A stretch of 63,183 nt of DNA, filler included, from Octopus bimaculoides (GCF_001194135.2; 5 parts of 3 records of this genome joined end to end with filler, not necessarily neighbours in it); one strand, 5' to 3'; shown: positions 47,971-59,544, counted from the first letter of the whole stretch. Notes: generated from the sequence alone by a model not told the origin. Numbers and translations are program-made.

Positions 47971-48071
47971 TACAACGCACAGAAGGTGGCAGGGGTCTTA
48001 TACAGCTAGAAAACTATTATAAAATAACCACCATATGACTGCAAAAATACCTACTCCAGAAGCAAGGGAAA
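47970..48071 (+). mobile_element. R4/Dong-clade fragment
   Basis: IQRTEGGRGLIQLENYYKITTI begins immediately after (AAT)n and is cut by a gap. Confidence 0.75.
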
Positions 48072-48184
48072 NNNNNNNNNNNNNNNNNNNNNNNNNNNNN
48101 NNNNNNNNNNNNNNNTTAATTAATTAANNNNNNNNNNNNNNNNNNNNNNNNNNNNNNNNNNNNNNNNNNNNTTTTTTGAGAGAG

Positions 48185-48700
48185 CATGGCATTTATTCTA
48201 TCGGTCTCTCTTGTGAACCGCCAGGTTACGGGGATGTAAACACAGAAGCACCGTACAGTTTTATATTTAATAGATGAGGAATTATGTACATTATTTACAT
48301 TATTTACATTCGATGGATATTTGTCCTCATCTTGTTTGTTGTTAATACATTTCAGCTGATATACCCTTCAGCTTTCATCAGGTGTCTTGGGGAAATTTCG
48401 AACCTGGGTTTCTCATTCCTAAGGTATTTTTCGATGTTATTATCATCCTCATCATCATCATCTTTATTTTAATTATTATTATGATTATTATTATTATCAT
48501 TATTATTCAGGTCACTGCCTGGAACTGAACTCAGAATCTTGGGGTTAGTAGCCCGCGCTCTTAACCACTACGCCATATGCCCGATGAAGGCTGGAGGGTA
48601 TATCAGCCGAAACGTTGCGTCAACAACAAACAAGATGAGGACAAATATCCATCAAATGTAAATGTAAATAACAGAAGCACCGGTTGTCAAGGGTAGCAGC
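48185..48700 (-). mobile_element. SINE family A fragment interrupted by a 417-bp insertion
   Basis: Family A sequence TATCGGTCTC..GAACCG..GGATGTAAACAC continues as CCGGTTGTCAAG after the insert; ACAGAAGCACCG is duplicated at 48242-48253 and 48671-48682. Confidence 0.8.
48254..48670 (-). mobile_element. tRNA-headed, hammerhead-bearing non-autonomous element with inverted 5' duplication and 12-bp TSD
   Basis: Minus strand order: tRNA-like head GGGCATATGGCGTAGTGGTTAAGAGC..GAGTTCAGTTCC (48582-48506), (AAT)n-like spacer, GACAC-CTGATGA-A-AGCTG..CAGCT-GAAAT (about 48386-48349), then tail. An inverted copy of the hammerhead plus tail occupies 48583-48670. Confidence 0.75.
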
Positions 48701-48953
48701 GAACACACTCGCGCGCGCACACACACACACAGACACACACACACACACACAAAACTGTTTTTTTTATATTAATTCTGCAGTCGATAAAAAAAAAAAAAAA
48801 TTATTGAAATAGTTAAATAGTTATGTCCCAACAAAATTTACGTCAATCTGTCAATGAAACGATCTAAATTTTTTAACTTTAGCATAATTAAGGTAATAAG
48901 TACATTTAACATTACCTTATACATTTATGTATTTATACTTCATGCATTCTAAT

Positions 48954-49130
48954 TACAGTAATCTCTCGACTATCGCGGTTGTTACGTTCGAAGCCACCCA
49001 CCACCGTAATAGATATACAACGATAGGTGAAACGCAATATGGTGAAGGATATAGACGGGATTTAGATATCAGGGGAAATAACTTTTATAAATGTTTTAAA
49101 GAGTTACCTCCCCTACCAAATAACGTTTCT
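48954..49130 (+). mobile_element. pogo/Tigger-like element end
   Basis: TACAGTAATCTCTCGACTATCGCGG resembles Tigger-type TIRs; the matching right end was not seen. Confidence 0.5.
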
Positions 49131-49174
49131 GCCAGAACGGAATTATATTATATATATATATTTACTGTTTTATT

Positions 49175-49400
49175 CTTTTATTCGTTTCAGTTATTTGACT
49201 GGGTCCATGCCGGAGCACAGACTTTAGTCAACCAAATCGACCCTAGGACTAAATCTTTTGCCGAACCGTCAAGTTACGGAGATGTAAACACACTAACATC
49301 GGTTGTCAAACGATGGTGAAGGGACAAATACAGGCAGAAACGCACACGGAACCATATCATTGAGATGTAAGCTACTTACCACACGGCTGCGCCTATACGC
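49175..49400 (-). mobile_element. SINE family A with internal deletion
   Basis: Tail, body and head motifs in reverse complement. Confidence 0.75.
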
Positions 49401-49427
49401 ATATATATATATATATATNNNNNNNNN

Positions 49428-49925
49428 NCATCATGACTACCCGTCTGATAAGGGTACACCAGGCACATGCATCACAACTATATGTGCGCGACATTGTGAA
49501 CAAGATATACAGCGCATGACCTCGCAGGTGGGGCCCAGTTAGAATTGTGTTCAGGTCGAGTAGCCCATCCCGCTCAAAAGGTCCCTGAATAAGGTTTGTT
49601 TAAGGGTGTTGAGGAAAACACCCATGTTTCTAATGGTGAATTATTCAAACTCCAAACAATTCCTTTCAACACATGGCTATGATGCTCCTCCACTACTTCT
49701 GCTCATGATCAGAGATGCACATATCGTCAGCCACCAAGAGACCAGCTCAACTGTTCAAGGTCCAACAAGTGACAAGTGAATCTGTGGTATTAAGCAGAAT
49801 ATTTGCTGTAGTCCATCTTTTATACCAAGACAAAACAATGTACATGATAACACTTCCAATCAATTAAGATCAGAAGCCATGAGAGCCACTGCCTGGTACT
49901 GCATCCGGGCATTATTATTATTATT
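49428..49925 (+). repeat. Unclassified interspersed repeat ending in (ATT)n
   Basis: ATGATCAGAGAT..ACATATCGTCAGCCAC..AATCTGTGGTATTAAGCAGAATAT.TGCTGTAG..CTTTTATACCAAGACAAAA..TAAGATCAGAAG recurs at 56512-56700. Confidence 0.7.
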
Positions 49926-50625
49926 ATTGTTCAGTAGTTTTATTTTTATAACGTGCTTTCACTTCACTACCGAGCGCAGCTCTGTGCGCCTTGGGTATGT
50001 NNNNNNNNNNNNNNNNNNNNNNNNNNNNNNNNNNNNNNNNNNNNNNNNNNNNNNNNNNNNNNNNNNNNNNNNNNNNNNNNNNNNNNNNNNNNNNNNNNNN
50101 NNNNNNNNNNNNNNNNNNNNNNNNNNNNNNNNNNNNNNNNNNNNNNNNNNNNNNNNNNNNNNNNNNNNNNNNNNNNNNNNNNNNNNNNNNNNNNNNNNNN
50201 NNNNNNNNNNNNNNNNNNNNNNNNNNNNNNNNNNNNNNNNNNNNNNNNNNNNNNNNNNNNNNNNNNNNNNNNNNNNNNNNNNNNNNNNNNNNNNNNNNNN
50301 NNNNNNNNNNNNNNNNNNNNNNNNNNNNNNNNNNNNNNNNNNNNNNNNNNNNNNNNNNNNNNNNNNNNNNNNNNNNNNNNNNNNNNNNNNNNNNNNNNNN
50401 NNNNNNNNNNNNNNNNNNNNNNNNNNNNNNNNNNNNNNNNNNNNNNNNNNNNNNNNNNNNNNNNNNNNNNNNNNNNNNNNNNNNNNNNNNNNNNNNNNNN
50501 NNNNNNNNNNNNNNNNNNNNNNNNNNNNNNNNNNNNNNNNNNNNNNNNNNNNNNNNNNNNNNNNNNNNNNNNNNNNNNNNNNNNNNNNNNNNNNNNNNNN
50601 NNNNNNNNNNNNNNNNNNNNNNNNN

Positions 50626-50850
50626 CCTTCTTAGCCAGGACTGGGCAGCAAGAGATAATATGATTTATTGTTTCTTGTCCACCTCCACAAATTCTACAGT
50701 TACTTGTTATGTTTCTTTTCATTATATGTTTTTGGTCATTTCTGGTGGGGAGGCTTTGGTCTTGTGCAGCAATTAAAAATCCTTTAGTCTCTGCTTTGAG
50801 TCCTGAGCTTCTCAACCATTGCTGGGATTTTTCTCTGTCTATTTCTTTTG
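50626..50850 (-). mobile_element. R4/Dong-clade fragment with CCHC zinc knuckle
   Basis: MRSSGLKAETKGFLIAAQDQSLPTRN..CRICGGGQETINHIISCCPVLAKK; starts next to an (AAT)n tract on the minus strand. Confidence 0.85.
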
Positions 50851-50851
50851 C

Positions 50852-50903
<52 letters not shown>

Positions 50904-50905
50904 GC

Positions 50906-50936
<31 letters not shown>
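50852..50936. repeat. (ATT)n(GTT)n microsatellite
   Basis: Direct reading. Confidence 0.95.
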
Positions 50937-50937
<1 letters not shown>

Positions 50938-51294
50938 GTCTGAAAGACAGAATGGACTAAACAGAGCAGGAGAATGGACGTGGGATGCAGAGTCGTTGAA
51001 GCGGTCACGTGATGTGTGACGAAAGATTTCAGACAAAGGACACTAAAATACCAATAACAATAAAACTGAAGTATAGAACAAGTATAAGGTGCGTATGGTT
51101 AATTGGTAAAAACTATGACCGTCCTCAAATGTAACAATATTTGTTTCAACACACCGTTTCACATCAAGAATCTAGCAAAACAATACAAAAACAAAAACAA
51201 ATGAGCAACAACATAAGTATTTGTGGTCGATTTCTCCAACCATGCCGGTGACCCAGCATGGCCGTTGTCCAATCACTGAAGAACGTAAAAAAAA

Positions 51295-51392
51295 ATATGT
51301 CTTCTACTATAGCCTCAGGCCGACCAAAGCCTTGTGAGTGGATTTGGTAGACGGAAACTGAAAGAAGCCCGTCGTATATATGTATGTATATA

Positions 51393-51439
<47 letters not shown>

Positions 51440-51642
51440 TTGTGTATCTGTGTTTGTTCCCTCAACATCGCTTGACAACCGATGCAGGTGTGTTTACGTC
51501 CCTGTAACCTAGCGGTTCGGCAAAAGACACCGATAGAATAAGTACTAGGCTTAAAAGGAATAAGCTCTGGGGTCGACTTGCTCGACTAAAGGCGGTGCTC
51601 CAGTATGGCCGCAGTCAAATTATTGAATCAAGTAAAAGAGTA
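51295..51642 (+). mobile_element. SINE family A (5'-truncated), preceded by a decayed second tail
   Basis: Body, internal (TA)/(TG) tract and tail GGCGGTGCTCCAGTATGGCCGCAGTCAAAT..AAGTAAAAGAGT. Confidence 0.88.
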
Positions 51643-52594
51643 TGTAATGTATATCGTTGCTATTATGCAAAAGTCCAAAACGTTACTTTTTCAGAAAACG
51701 AAACAATAGTTTCACCATTCCATTTCTTTTTACATTAGCAACAGTCTCAGTTTAACAATAATACTTTGTTGGGTGCAGAAAATCGTAACTGCATGCATGT
51801 ATGATATTTTCAGTCAGAAATATTTTTGCAAAACTGTCTTATGTGGAACTTACTACCATTGTACAACACTGACAATTTTCATATCTTGGCATCTGAAGCA
51901 GCTGGATAGTCTGACCGAAAGGACCAGCTATTGGAAGCAAAATCAAATATCGAAATAACACATTTGGCCAAATTTGGACATATGACACTTTAACATGATA
52001 GCAAAGATATTTACTTGATGACAAAAGTACAAATGTCATTTCTAATATTGAGATAAATGTATAAGTTTGTTGGAAAAGAACAATCAATTATGTCGAATCC
52101 AGTACTAAACTGGCCTATCGTTCCTCGCGTATCAGTGACTCATTTATCACTGACCCGGGGTAACGCGATACACTGAATTGAGGAACATGTTAACCTTATC
52201 ACGGATATATCTGTGATAGCAGGCATCGGTAGACAGTCAAAAAATTCTACTTGGATTGTAAAAGCATAGACCAGCGGCCATCCACAACGCTCAGGACATT
52301 TCCCCACTATGTTTAATTATTCGCTTATCACTTATTCATTTAATGCCGTGTGTTTTGTCCTAGCGCCAAACATTCGTGATAAACGAAGATAGATGTACTT
52401 ATATTATCGACCCTAGCAAGGATAAAATGCGAATGCAGTGGATTGCAAGGATCATTAGTGAGTCCTACAAAGCGACGTGCGGTATTTATTTGGCTCTTTG
52501 CGTGCTGAGTTCAAATCTCGCCTTGGTTAATTTCGTCTGATAAAATAAGTAACCAGTCTGGGGTTGATGTAACCACATAACTTCTCTCTAAATT

Positions 52595-52945
52595 TCAGCA
52601 TGTTTGTTCATAGCTCCTGTATGCCAAAAGTCAGAAACACAGCACAGCTCCTATGACTTTTGAAAACATTTTTTTACAGTCAGAGTCGCTGAAGCATGGA
52701 ACAAACTACTTGCATCAGTTGTTAGTTACCGAGACATTACATTCTTCAAAACTTCCATGCTTCCTGAAATTCGCCATCACTACACCTGGTATCTCCCGCC
52801 TTCCATGCGCATGCACACATGTATACCATGACTCATACACTGTTCACTTTCTTGACTTTTGTATATAATTCTATGTACTGTACATGCACTTTTGATGAGA
52901 TGTAGTGCACTTGAGCACTATACACAATAATTTCATTATTATATT
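52595..52945 (+). mobile_element. CR1/L2-like LINE 3' end
   Basis: Decayed KQHSS.DF.KHFF..RVAEAWNKL.ASVVS.RD..FFKTSMLPEIR.HYT followed by a 3' UTR. Confidence 0.65.
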
Positions 52946-55317
52946 ACTCGGTAATATCTATTTTGCTCTTCGGTTGCTTCGCTGCTGAAACTGCCATAGC
53001 ATTTCACTCTGTTTCGAAGCACGGCAAAATAACTTCAAGTCATACAAACATATACCCACAAACATTTTAGCCTGAAGCTTTTCTAGAGCCCCCTCGAAAC
53101 TGTTATTCGAACCGCTGGAACTCGCACTCAAAGTGACTTCAAATCAAACTCTACAGTCTTATAAAAAAAAAAAAGCACAAGACCTATAGTGTTTGCAAAC
53201 CAAAATAATCTTAGAAGAGAATGGGTGGAAACTATTAAAACTGTTTAACTATTCTGGAGATGTTTAACAACTGCTTTGATCTGAGACCGTGTTTGGAAAC
53301 TAAAACAAATCGTGAAAGATACATATTAGCTACTTAAAATAACACAAGATTTTGTAACATCACTAAACAGTCTTTGAGTTATTGTGAACAGTTAAACAGT
53401 GTCATACACGCGGTAAGTGTTTAACTAATGCTTAAACATAAACGACATCACCAGGGAATGATTATAACATTTGGTATTATAAATAATTGGAGTAGCTGCA
53501 GCGAGTGTCGCTGGCCACGCTCTGCGGCCGTGCACACCGTAAGTTCTAGTGTGTGACCTATCCACCCATGCCTCCATCTACTGCTGCTTTACTCCACCCT
53601 TCTTTTTCTTTTCCTTTTTTTCTATATATATTTTTTTTTTCCGTTTCTTTGTATGCAATAACTTTAAAAGATGATCTGGTGCACAACTGACTGTTGAACT
53701 TTATTTATTTTCCTGCTTTAAAAAACATATACTTAAATAATTCAATGGGAAGTAACTCTGCATACTTATTTGTGAGTTACTTCCCTTAGAATTTGAACGC
53801 TGCGTTTTCAGTGACGGCTATCAGGCATAACGTTACTTCTGCATAAAATTATACAATAGCTTTAAATATTTTAAAATTTTATACTTTAACCATTATATAA
53901 ACATTAGACTCAGACAGCTAAGTCATGTAACTTTAAAAATTATTCAGGTTGGGAAAGTTTAGACACTTACGCACAAAATCAACAAGTCTTTTGAAAAAAT
54001 GGTATAAATATAATTTAAATATAATTTAAAATAATTTTTAAATTTCTACAGTGTTTCAGAAATATTTTATTAACTCATTAATTGCCACATATTTTAATCC
54101 ATATTTTTTTTGACTTTTTCAGGTGTCTTAGGAGTTAAAATAATATATAGTATTTAAATTTTCTTCATATGTGAATTATTTTGGAAATTCTGATATACTT
54201 TTCGAAAAGTCCGAAATGGCGATTGCTGAAAAAATGCATATTTATCATTTTCTATTCAATTGCAATAATAAATATTTTAGTCATTTTTTAAACTATAGTA
54301 TCAAATGTGAATATGTATGAAATATCAATGAAAGATATAGATGGGAAATGTAAAATAAATAAATAAATAAATAAATAAATAAATANNNNNNNNNNNNNNN
54401 NNNNNNNNNNNNNNNNNNNNNNNNNNNNNNNNNNNNNNNNNNNNNNNNNNNNNNNNNNNNNNNNNNNNNNNNNNNNNNNNNNNNNNNNNNNNNNNNNNNN
54501 NNNNNNNNNNNNNNNNNNNNNNNNNNNNNNNNNNNNNNNNNNNNNNNNNNNNNNNNNNNNNNNNNNNNNNNNNNNNNNNNNNNNNNNNNNNNNNNNNNNN
54601 NNNNNNNNNNNNNNNNNNNNNNNNNNNNNNNNNNNNNNNNNNNNNNNNNNNNNNNNNNNNNNNNNNNNNNNNNNNNNNNNNNNNNNNNNNNNNNNNNNNN
54701 NNNNNNNNNNNNNNNNNNNNNNNNNNNNNNNNNNNNNNNNNNNNNNNNNNNNNNNNNNNNNNNNNNNNNNNNNNNNNNNNNNNNNNNNNNNNNNNNNNNN
54801 NNNNNNNNNNNNNNNNNNNNNNNNNNNNNNNNNNNNNNNNNNNNNNNNNNNNNNNNNNNNNNNNNNNNNNNNNNNNNNNNNNNNNNNNNNNNNNNNNNNN
54901 NNNNNNNNNNNNNNNNNNNNNNNNNNNNNNNNNNNNNNNNNNNNNNNNNNNNNNNNNNNNNNNNNNNNNNNNNNNNNNNNNNNNNNNNNNNNNNNNNNNN
55001 NNNNNNNNNNNNNNNNNNNNNNNNNNNNNNNNNNNNNNNNNNNNNNNNNNNNNNNNNNNNNNNNNNNNNNNNNNNNNNNNNNNNNNNNNNNNNNNNNNNN
55101 NNNNNNNNNNNNNNNNNNNNNNNNNNNNNNNNNNNNNNNNNNNNNNNNNNNNNNNNNNNNNNNNNNNNNNNNNNNNNNNNNNNNNNNNNNNNNNNNNNNN
55201 NNNNNNNNNNNNNNNNNNNNNNNNNNNNNNNNNNNNNNNNNNNNNNNNNNNNNNNNNNNNNNNNNNNNNNNNNNNNNNNNNNNNNNNNNNNNNNNNNNNN
55301 NNNNNNNNNNNNNNNNA

Positions 55318-55510
55318 AAAAAATGTGGCACCTCAAGGCGACTACCATACCAGTGATTGTAGGATCTCTAGGAATGATAAAAAAAAAAAGGTACCGAAAC
55401 CTATTTGAAAATGATACCAGTCTTACCATCCCTACAGGAAGTGCAAAAAATCGTGTTAACTGGAACGACTCATGTACTGAGAAGAGCATTATTGCTGTGA
55501 AACCAACATC
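55318..55510 (+). mobile_element. R4/Dong-clade C-terminal fragment
   Basis: MWHLKATTIPVIVGSLGMIKK...QEVQKIVLTGTTHVLRRA (frameshifted). Confidence 0.8.
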
Positions 55511-55690
55511 CATTCATGAATTTATTTATTTATTAATTTTTTTATATACATATTTTACCTTTGAATTTGCGTGTGTAAACTGGGAATGCATACAATGAGC
55601 TTCTCTGCCCTAAGTGTACGGAAAACACTCGGCGAGAAATGGAAGAAAATTTGAAGAAAAAAGGGGAAAAAAAATTAATGATAATAATAA

Positions 55691-56334
55691 GGAAGTTGCT
55701 AACTAGATATGGGACACTCTATTCAAAAAGCGACACAGACAGACTGTATGTACCAAGAAAAAGATAGGGAAGAGGACTTATTGGATACGAACATAGCATT
55801 AGAGCAGAAGAAAACAACATAGCATTGTATGTAAAAAAAGCCAGAGAACCGCTATTATTAGAACTAAGAAGGTCAGGCTTCTGCAGGATGAAAGATTGAC
55901 AACGAATTGACAACGAATGAAACAGAAAATAGGTGGGTCAAGAAAAGAATGCATGGTCAATTTCATAGAGATGTTGAAAGTAAGACAGGCAGAGAAAAAA
56001 GATGGCTGTGGATGACTAAAATTGATTTAAAACCGGAAACGGGGGCTCTAATATGTGCTGCCCAAGGGCACAAGCACTAAGAACAAACTACATAAAATAC
56101 AGAATAGACAACACATCAGAAAGTGATAAGTGCAGAATTTGTGGACAAAAGGGTGAAACCGTATGGCATATTACCAGTCAATGTACGCCACTAGTCCAGT
56201 AGAGACGCCACGACAATATAGTAAAGGCTTGTTCCTTCGGCACTTTGCAATAAGTATGGACTTGAAAGAGCAAAAAATTGGTGCGACCACAAACCCGAAG
56301 GCATCATCGAAAATGATAATGCAAATATCCTAGA
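55691..56334 (+). mobile_element. R4/Dong-clade fragment (post-RT to zinc knuckle)
   Basis: KSDTDRLYVPRKR.GRGLIGYEHSIRAEENNIALYVK..KKRMHGQFHRDVE..LKPETGALICAAQ..RTNYIKYRIDNTSESDKCRICGQKGETVWHITSQC. Confidence 0.88.
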
Positions 56335-56356
56335 TAATAATAATAATAATAATAAT

Positions 56357-56508
56357 ATCATTACGGCAAAACAATCAGCCACCTCTTATATATGGATGAC
56401 CTAATAGTATACGCTACAAATGATGAACAGCTGGAAACATTATTACAGACAGTACATGGATTTACCAAAGAAATAAATATAAAATTTGGCTTAGAAAAGT
56501 GTGCCAAA
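56357..56508 (+). mobile_element. R4/Dong-clade RT active-site fragment
   Basis: YGKTISHLLYMDDLIVYATNDEQLETLLQTVHGFTKEINIKFGLEKCAK; YMDD motif intact. Confidence 0.88.
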
Positions 56509-56511
56509 CAA

Positions 56512-56700
56512 ACCTGCGCATGATCAGAGATAAACATATCGTCAGCCACTAATGTACATGCTCGTCTGTTTGACGTCAAACAATTGACAAGCAAATCTGT
56601 GGTATTAAGCAGAATATATGCTGTAGCCTATCTTTTATACCAAGACAAAATAACGTACATGGTAACACTTCCAGTCAGTTAAGATCAGAAGACTAACTGC
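56512..56700 (+). repeat. Second copy of the unclassified repeat at 49428
   Basis: Direct similarity to 49700-49880. Confidence 0.7.
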
Positions 56701-56719
56701 GGTGAGTGAGAAGTAGTGG

Positions 56720-57316
56720 CGAAGCATTTTAACCATCTGTCGAGAGGAAATTTTGGAGGCTTGAATAATTCAACTGTGGAAATATGGGTGTTTCGTTTAA
56801 TATCCTTAAATATGAAGTAACAAAGAACTGGTATGAGCATGTACCAAGTAAAGTTATGCAGGAAGATGGAAAAGTAAGGACGATTTTCAGAGGGATCCTG
56901 TAGTCAAACACCGTCGGCCTGATATTGTCATATTGAATAAGAGAGACAAATACTGTCAGATCATTGATGTAGCCATACCAAATGACATGAATTTTGTGAG
57001 TAAAGAGGTTGACAAGATCACCAAATACTCCGAATTGAAAGTTGAAATGGCAAGTCAGTATGGCTTGCAAAGGAGTAATGTAAAATTGATACCAGTGGTG
57101 ATCAGAGCGTTGGGTTCAATTCCATTGAAACTTTAAGATTTCTTAAGGTAAGTGGAAATCCCATGCAAGATTGGTGTCTTGCAAAAAGCAGCCTTGTTGG
57201 GCACAGCACACATCATAAGGAAAGTATTATCTGTCTTAAGTCCTTGTTGTGACTTAACAGATCACTAAGACTCCGGTGCATTTTTACCTACATTGTGTTA
57301 CGAAGGAATAATAATG

Positions 57317-57386
<70 letters not shown>

Positions 57387-57395
57387 TAATAATAA
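56720..57395 (+). mobile_element. R4/Dong-clade 3' end (RLE endonuclease) with (AAT)n tail
   Basis: WYEHVPSKVMQEDGKV..RRPDIVILNKRDKYCQIIDVAIPND..KITKYSELK..IPVVIRALGSIP..LQKAALLGTAHIIRKVLSV*, PD-(D/E)xK-type; long (AAT)n at 57310-57395. Confidence 0.9.
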
Positions 57396-57861
57396 AATCT
57401 GAGTGTGTGTATTATATTTTATATATTGTGTATGTTGGGTCCTTCAAACACCCAACAATTTCCTGACAGACAGGCTTGTTAGCAACATCTTTTAAGCAAT
57501 GTAGTGTATAACAATATGTCTAAACTTGTAATTTATCTGAGAGATGATAATTGCTTCATTTAACAAATAACAAGGAAACCTTTGAAGCCGTTTAACCATG
57601 CGTGTAGAAAGATTTGTTTTATGGTCTAGAACACTTATAGATCTGAACTAATTAACAACACATATGAAATAAGAAACCAGATAATTATTTTAATGAACAT
57701 TTTGGCAGTTTTTCAATGTTAAACTCTACACTTTTTCACAAAGAAACAGAGATAAAACTCAATTCTCTCACCCCGTTTGTGTATGTATGTGCGTGTGTGT
57801 GTGTGTGTACGTGAGATGGTTATCATAAGAAAAGACGAAGCAGTCAGCTTCCGCATACATG

Positions 57862-58215
57862 TAACTCTTTAACTCTTTTACTAGTTTCAGATCGAGAGTT
57901 GCGGCCATGCTGAGGCACCACTGTTAACTTTGCCACACTTTCAGTACATGAAACCTCTTCTGGTATGTGGCGTTTGATTAATGAAGGAGTTTGATGCTGC
58001 TGTTCTTATCTACGTTACCTGCCGCATGGTAAGCTCATCTGGAATCCTTGAAAGGAGATCCAGTGTCGTTTTGTAGACGTCGACATCCACTCCGTGTAGG
58101 TCTCTCGGGGTTTTTGGGAGGATATTGGAGATCTTTTGATACTTGAAATTCAAGCTGTTGCAGTATCTGGTCCTGTAACTCGATGGCAGTGTTAGTATAT
58201 TCGGCACCGCACGTG
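57862..58215 (-). mobile_element. CR1-like LINE 3' end whose tail matches SINE family A
   Basis: YRTRYCNSLNFKYQKISNILPKTPRDLHGVDVDVYKTTLDLLSRIPDE, then tail GGTGCCTCAGCATGGCCGCAACTCTCGATCTGAAACTAGTAAAAGAGT. Confidence 0.75.
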
Positions 58216-58334
58216 CGCACGCACACACACACAGACACACATATTATATTATACTTTTCAACTCCAAAAACAAGAATATCCGATATCAGTAGACCAGGTT
58301 AATTCAAATGACGTTGTAATCCTCTAAGAGAACT

Positions 58335-58475
58335 CACTCACTCACTCATTAACTCACTCACCCACTCGCTCACTCACCCACTCACTCACTCACTCACTCA
58401 CTCACTCACTCACTCACTCACTCACTCACTCACTCATTCATTAATTCACTCACCCACTCATCCACTCACTCACTC
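58335..58475. repeat. (ACTC)n microsatellite
   Basis: Direct reading. Confidence 0.9.
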
Positions 58476-59544
58476 AATTGCTCTCCTACATACGAGGGAA
58501 CACAATCTGGAATATGGTCACATGTGTTGCCGAAAGGTCATATATCAGTATTTCATATGCTAGTATAGGAAATATAATATCCAAATCTGAATCTAAGTGA
58601 CTACATGATTACATATTCTGACANNNNNNNNNNNNNNNNNNNNNNNNNNNNNNNNNNNNNNNNNNNNNNNNNNNNNNNNNNNNNNNNNNNNNNNNNNNNN
58701 NNNNNNNNNNNNNNNNNNNNNNNNNNNNNNNNNNNNNNNNNNNNNNNNNNNNNNNNNNNNNNNNNNNNNNNNNNNNNNNNNNNNNNNNNNNNNNNNNNNN
58801 NNNNNNNNNNNNNNNNNNNNNNNNNNNNNNNNNNNNNNNNNNNNNNNNNNNNNNNNNNNNNNNNNNNNNNNNNNNNNNNNNNNNNNNNNNNNNNNNNNNN
58901 NNNNNNNNNNNNNNNNNNNNNNNNNNNNNNNNNNNNNTATATATATATAAACACAAACGCAGAAAAGGTTAGACAGAGTCATGCACGTATACAAATGAGC
59001 TTATATGGTTTTATTTGCACTCGTAGACAAATTTATCCATTAAATAAACGCATACATAGGCATAGAAACACACGTAAACATATACATATATTTGTACGCA
59101 CACACAAATGCTGAGACATTGAGGAAATCATAGAGATACATTAATGTATATGTTCTGTATTTAGAATCATAATTTAATATATATAATAATAATATAATAC
59201 ATCTATTTTCTCATTTTACAGAAGAATGTGAAGATTACGCTAGAGATATAAAACACGTCTTTTTAAGACAACATATAGTTCGCCAAGTGCGGTAGAGTAA
59301 TATCATGTTGGGCGGATTATATCCTTAGAGAAAAGATTAAGCAAGACTAGAAAACTAAAAACAGAAATAAATGTGTAGAATATAATCTTTTTTCAAAATA
59401 AATATATAAAAATAAAATAAAATAAATAATTCACGAAATATTAAGTAAGAATAAAACGAGGAATAATATAGCTGATAGCATTAATACAAACACACATACA
59501 TTTGCTTATATACATACATATATATAATTATGTATATAAATCTC

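Noticed and set aside
48506-48582. Functional tRNA gene
   Set aside because: A/B boxes are present, but the acceptor and anticodon stems pair poorly and it is fused to a repeat body inside a TSD-flanked insert. Treated as a SINE head.
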